Below are positions 14,573 through 17,827 of a stretch of DNA of 17,827 nt, piece by piece. This stretch comes from Thermoleophilia bacterium. Its GTDB lineage: Bacteria; Actinomycetota; Thermoleophilia; RBG-16-64-13. The notes below the pieces were generated by a model. It was not told where the DNA came from. It saw only the letters and a program-made list of their open reading frames with translations, and searched no databases. Positions within the stretch are counted from its first letter, which is position 1, and every line of letters starts with the position of its first letter. A program made the translations under genes and the position numbers. The stretch is from the NCBI GenBank assembly GCA_017882525.1, contig JADGPI010000211.1:1-17827 (forward strand), read 5' to 3'.

Positions 14573-16696
14573 GTGGACGGCATCATCACAACCATCAAAC
14601 AGAACTGCCGCCGCTGCTTCACGTGCGTGCGCGACTGCCCGGCCAAAGCGATCCGCATCGAGGATGGCCAGGCTTCAGTGGTGACCGAACGCTGCATCGG
14701 GTGCGGCAACTGCACCATCGTCTGCTCGCAGAACGCCAAAGCGTATCTCGACAGCACCGAACGTGCGTTCTGGCTGCTCGACCGGGGCGGCACGGTCGCG
14801 GCTCTCCTGGCCCCGTCGTTTCCCGCAGGCTTCTCCGCGCCGCCCGCGCAAGTCGTCGGAGCTCTTCGGAAAGTGGGCTTCGCGTATGTGGTGGAAGTCG
14901 CATATGGCGCGGAACTCGTGAATCAGGCCTACCGCGACTACCTTGGCGAGCACCCGACAGGCGTCCACATTGCAACCGCGTGCACCGCGGTGGTCGAATA
15001 CGTGCGGAAATACCGCCCCCAACTCACCGAGCGACTCATTCCCATCGTCTCTCCCATGGTGGCGACGGCCCTTGCCGTGAAAGCTCGGTATGGCCAGCAC
15101 GTCCGCTGTGTGTTCATTGGGCCTTGCGTGGCGAAAAAAGGTGAGGCACGGTACCCCGGAGTTGTGGGAGTCGTGGATGAAGTCCTCACGCTGACCGAGG
15201 CGACGACCGTGCTCACCGCGCGCGGCATCGACCCGGCGCAAACCCCCGCCAGCGACTTCGACCCCCCGTTCGCGGGAGAAGCCCGTGTCTTTCCGATCCC
15301 CGGAGGAATGCTGGAAAGCGCCCGATTGGGCGGCGGGATCCTCGACCCGGAGCTGATCGTGGTAAGCGGTCACGACGAGACCATCCAGGCCCTTGACGCG
15401 CTCCCCGAGGGTGAGACCGACAAGGCATTGCTGGTGGAAGCCCTCATGTGCAACGGCTGCTATTGCGGACCAGGGGTGCAGACCCTGGAGCCGGCCGTGA
15501 TGCGCAAGCGCCGGGTGATCGAGTTCGCGGCCGACAGCCTTCGCCGGCAGGGATCCGGAGAGCTGCCTGCCTGCGATGAGACGGATACCTCTCTTTGGCT
15601 CGGTCGTGAGTACACCTCCGACGACCGGCGGTACGACCAGCCGAGTGAAGAGAAGATCCGGGAGATCCTGGCCCGCACCAACAAGTTCTTCCCCGAAGAC
15701 GAGCTCAACTGCGGAGCCTGCGGATACCCCACCTGCCGCGCCAAGGCCACCGCGGTGGTGAGCGGCATGGCGGAGGAAGCCATGTGCCTGCCGTTCATGA
15801 TCGAGCAGGCCGAGCGGGTCTGCCACGAGCTTCGCGTGCCGTGGAAAGACCTGCGTGAAGTGCACCGCCACCTCATCAACACCGAGAAGCTGGCTTCGAT
15901 GGGGCAGATGGCGGCCGGCGTCGCCCACGAGTTGAACAACCCACTCAGCAGCATCCTGCTCTACTCCCACATCCTGGGGCGCAAGCTCGAGGACCGGCCC
16001 GACCTGAGCCACGACCTCAAGCTCGTCGCCGACGAGTCGGAGCGCTGCAAGAAGATCATCGGCAACCTACTCGACTTCGCCCGGCAAACCCGGGTGCACA
16101 TCGAAGCGGTCTCGATCGATGAACTCGTTCGCTCGGCCGTGGACGCGGCCGCATGCAACTTGAGCCCCGGCCCTGGCGGGGCAACCGCGGGCGGCGCCGG
16201 GCGGAACGGCGCGGGGCCGCATGGACCGCGCTCTGGCGGTGGGGTGGAGCTCACACTCGAAGTGACCCCTGGGCTGCAGGCCGACCTGGACCGCGATCAG
16301 ATGACGCAGGTTCTAGTCAACCTCCTCAAGAACGGAGTCGAGGCCATGGAGGGCCGCACCGGCGTCGTGAAACTGTCGGCATATGAGATTCCCGAGCAGC
16401 ATCGGGTCCACTTCGCGGTCAGCGACCAAGGGTGCGGCATCCCAGGCGGCGCTCAGGACAAGGTGTTCCAGCCGTTCTTCACCACCAAGAGCATCGGCAA
16501 GGGAACAGGCCTTGGTCTTCCGATCTCGTACGGCATCGTGAAGATGCACGGCGGCACCATCTGGTTCGAGTCCCAACCCGATCAAGGCACCACTTTCCAC
16601 GTGGAGATCCCCATAACCCATGCGGCCGGTGAGAAGCCCATGACGACAGAGAAGCCCTTCTTACCGAACCAACCTCCCAAGGAGTATGTGATATGA
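14573..16696 (+). CDS. Sensory-type (HydS-like, group C-like) [FeFe]-hydrogenase domain fused to a histidine-kinase transmitter. The order is two [4Fe-4S] ferredoxin domains, a divergent H-cluster domain, a Cx2Cx4Cx16C motif, then HisKA (H-box HELNNPL) and HATPase_c. It is a putative H2-sensing histidine kinase.
   Basis: Seen in the translation: CRRCFTCVRDCP and CIGCGNCTIVC; an H-domain that aligns colinearly with the adjacent HydA (TACTAVV for L1, GPCVAKKGE for L2 and EALMCNGCYCGPG for L3); NCGACGYPTC...x16...C; AAGVAHELNNPLSSI; and the N/G boxes LLKNGVEAM, DQGCGI and GTGLGLPIS. The start is set at GTG 14573, 8 nt after the hydA stop. The ATG at 14453 would add a 40-aa P/R-rich segment overlapping hydA. 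The stop overlaps the next start (ATGA at 16693-16696). Confidence 0.8.
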   Translation: MDGIITTIKQNCRRCFTCVRDCPAKAIRIEDGQASVVTERCIGCGNCTIVCSQNAKAYLDSTERAFWLLDRGGTVAALLAPSFPAGFSAPPAQVVGALRKVGFAYVVEVAYGAELVNQAYRDYLGEHPTGVHIATACTAVVEYVRKYRPQLTERLIPIVSPMVATALAVKARYGQHVRCVFIGPCVAKKGEARYPGVVGVVDEVLTLTEATTVLTARGIDPAQTPASDFDPPFAGEARVFPIPGGMLESARLGGGILDPELIVVSGHDETIQALDALPEGETDKALLVEALMCNGCYCGPGVQTLEPAVMRKRRVIEFAADSLRRQGSGELPACDETDTSLWLGREYTSDDRRYDQPSEEKIREILARTNKFFPEDELNCGACGYPTCRAKATAVVSGMAEEAMCLPFMIEQAERVCHELRVPWKDLREVHRHLINTEKLASMGQMAAGVAHELNNPLSSILLYSHILGRKLEDRPDLSHDLKLVADESERCKKIIGNLLDFARQTRVHIEAVSIDELVRSAVDAAACNLSPGPGGATAGGAGRNGAGPHGPRSGGGVELTLEVTPGLQADLDRDQMTQVLVNLLKNGVEAMEGRTGVVKLSAYEIPEQHRVHFAVSDQGCGIPGGAQDKVFQPFFTTKSIGKGTGLGLPISYGIVKMHGGTIWFESQPDQGTTFHVEIPITHAAGEKPMTTEKPFLPNQPPKEYVI

Positions 16697-17145
16697 GCAC
16701 CGCATGGACCATCCTGTTCGTAGACGACGATCGCGATTTTCTCCAGGCTCAAGCCGCCTATTTCGGGAGCCGCGGCCACGAAGTGCTCACTGCGGCGAGC
16801 AGCAGTGAAGCCATGGAGACTTTGGATGTCACCACCCCGGACATCATCTTCTTGGACCTGATGATGGAGCGCTTCGACAGCGGCTTCCGGCTTGGCTACG
16901 AGATCCGCAAGCGCGAGCGCCTAACCGACACGCCTATCGTCATGCTGAGCGGAGTGGCCGCGGCGACCGGGGAGCGGTTCAGCGACGAGGCCGACGGCCT
17001 TCGCTCGTGGTCGCGGCTCGACCGTTTCATCGACAAACCGGTGACTGGGAAGCAACTGTTGAGCGTTGCGGAGGAGCTGCTAGGCGGCTGCGATACGCAG
17101 GGCTGCGGCTTGAACCAGTGCCGGACGCCCGGCGGCACGGCGTAG
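16693..17145 (+). CDS. Single-domain response regulator (receiver only) that is paralogous to the 9749 receiver and carries a Cys-rich C-terminal tail (CDTQGCGLNQC).
   Basis: Seen in the translation: ILFVDDDRD, IFLDLMM, MLSG and FIDKPV, which align residue by residue with the first receiver. It is translationally coupled to the kinase gene. Confidence 0.8.
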   Translation: MSTAWTILFVDDDRDFLQAQAAYFGSRGHEVLTAASSSEAMETLDVTTPDIIFLDLMMERFDSGFRLGYEIRKRERLTDTPIVMLSGVAAATGERFSDEADGLRSWSRLDRFIDKPVTGKQLLSVAEELLGGCDTQGCGLNQCRTPGGTA

Positions 17146-17166
17146 GGACGAGGCGAGGGGGAAAGA

Positions 17167-17827
17167 GTGACGACCGTGATCCCTGCCAATATCCTCGTAG
17201 TGGACGACGAGTACGGAGTCCGGACGGGCATCAGACAGATCCTCGAGCTCGAGGGCTACAACGTGGACGATTGCGACACCGGGGAGAAGGCGCTCGCGTT
17301 GCTCGAAGCCAACGACTACGATGTCGCCTTACTCGACTACCGGCTGCCCGACATCGACGGGTTGATGCTGTTACAGGCCATCAAGCGCAACGACCTGCAG
17401 CCCATGACCTGCATGATCACGGCCTACGCCAACATCGACACTGCCATCGCCGCTACCCGCCAGGGGGTGGATTTCTTCCTGCCCAAGCCATTCTCGCCCG
17501 AGGACCTTATCGGCGTGGTGCAGACGCTCGCGCGCCACAAGCAGGCCCGGGTGGAAGCCGAGCGGTTGCGCCGCGAGCACGAAGCTGGCCTCCTCGCACT
17601 CGCCGAAGAGAAGACGCAGACGCACTCACTCGTCTCCTCATTGCGGGACGCGGTGCTGGTGGTAAACCGCGAAGGCGACGTGGTACTCGCCAACCGGGCC
17701 ATGACCTCCCTGCTCGGGATCGCCGAAGACCGGGTGCTACGGCGGCCCGCCCAAGAAGTCCTTGCCCAGGGGCCGCTCGCGCCGCTGGCGGGAAAACTGG
17801 CCGCGCCAGTCAAGGATAGGACTGTGA
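17167..17827 (+). CDS. Partial CDS running off the window end: a response-regulator receiver domain followed by a PAS domain. The C-terminal output or transmitter is not visible.
   Basis: This is my own translation of the frame-1 ORF, which is absent from the supplied track because it has no stop in the window. The receiver reads VTTVIPANILVVDDEYGVRTGIRQILELEGYNVDDCDTGEKALALLEANDYDVALLDYRLPDIDGL...CMITAYANIDTAIAATRQGVDFFLPKPF, and the PAS-like segment reads LRDAVLVVNREGDVVLANRAMTSLLGI. The start is GTG 17167 or 17176, after GGGGGAAAGA. The 17007..17819 (+) ORF listed in the track is an R/G-rich artefact in another frame. Confidence 0.65.
   Translation, partial: MTTVIPANILVVDDEYGVRTGIRQILELEGYNVDDCDTGEKALALLEANDYDVALLDYRLPDIDGLMLLQAIKRNDLQPMTCMITAYANIDTAIAATRQGVDFFLPKPFSPEDLIGVVQTLARHKQARVEAERLRREHEAGLLALAEEKTQTHSLVSSLRDAVLVVNREGDVVLANRAMTSLLGIAEDRVLRRPAQEVLAQGPLAPLAGKLAAPVKDRTV

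Noticed and set aside
10956-14793. Several very long antisense ORFs inside hydB, hydA and hydS-HK (10956..11714 -, 11880..13235 -, 12832..14793 -, and also 14675..16012 -).
   Set aside because: These are GC-skewed frame artefacts. Their translations are Arg/Ala/Gly/Pro-rich with no motifs, whereas the sense frames carry unambiguous Fe-S, H-cluster and HK motifs.
17007-17819. A 270-aa ORF on the plus strand in the track (and 17424..17813 on the minus strand) covering the end of the window.
   Set aside because: Its translation is Arg/Gly/Pro-rich low-complexity sequence typical of an out-of-frame read through a high-GC gene. Frame 1 from GTG 17167 gives a clean receiver plus PAS protein instead, so that is the real gene.
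1-17827. A search for CRISPR arrays, IS elements or transposases, integrases, rRNA, and obvious phage structural genes.
   Set aside because: None was found. There are no spaced direct-repeat arrays, no DDE or Tyr-recombinase motifs, and no terminal inverted repeats. The encapsulin is virus-derived in fold but is a cellular nanocompartment gene in an operon with EncFtn.

Overview
This is a high-GC (~65%) bacterial chromosomal window with tightly packed genes. SLH-domain surface proteins, Rex and the overall style suggest a high-GC Gram-positive-like lineage, but I cannot assign a taxon from sequence alone.

Left half, in order:
- a membrane-anchored c-type cytochrome (CXXCH)
- an MIP/aquaporin-family channel with two non-canonical NPA boxes (NPG and NLA)
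- a minus-strand encapsulin module: an encapsulated ferritin (EncFtn) cargo gene, followed by a family-1 encapsulin shell gene that carries an extra N-terminal ~85-aa domain and an acidic disordered linker fused in frame
- an SLH-anchored Ig-like-repeat surface protein
- thioredoxin reductase
- an L,D-transpeptidase with a PG-binding domain
- a small hypothetical gene

Right half, a redox/H2 regulon:
- Rex (NADH/NAD+ sensor). One Rex-operator-like palindrome lies over its own promoter and a second lies upstream of the long plus-strand operon.
- That operon encodes, in order: a single-domain response regulator; HydC (NuoE-like); HydB (NuoF-like, with an extra N-terminal Cys-rich segment); HydA, an M3-type [FeFe]-hydrogenase whose L1 motif reads TSCSPAW instead of TSCCPxW; a HydS-like sensory [FeFe]-hydrogenase domain fused directly to a HisKA/HATPase histidine-kinase transmitter with no PAS domain; a second paralogous single-domain receiver; and a partial receiver-PAS protein running off the window end.

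The standout candidates are the putative one-polypeptide H2-sensing histidine kinase with its partner receivers, and the encapsulin shell with a fused lumenal domain plus a separate EncFtn cargo.

Many long ORFs in the track are R/P/G-rich GC-frame artefacts and were not called. No CRISPR arrays, rRNA, tRNA or mobile elements were recognised.
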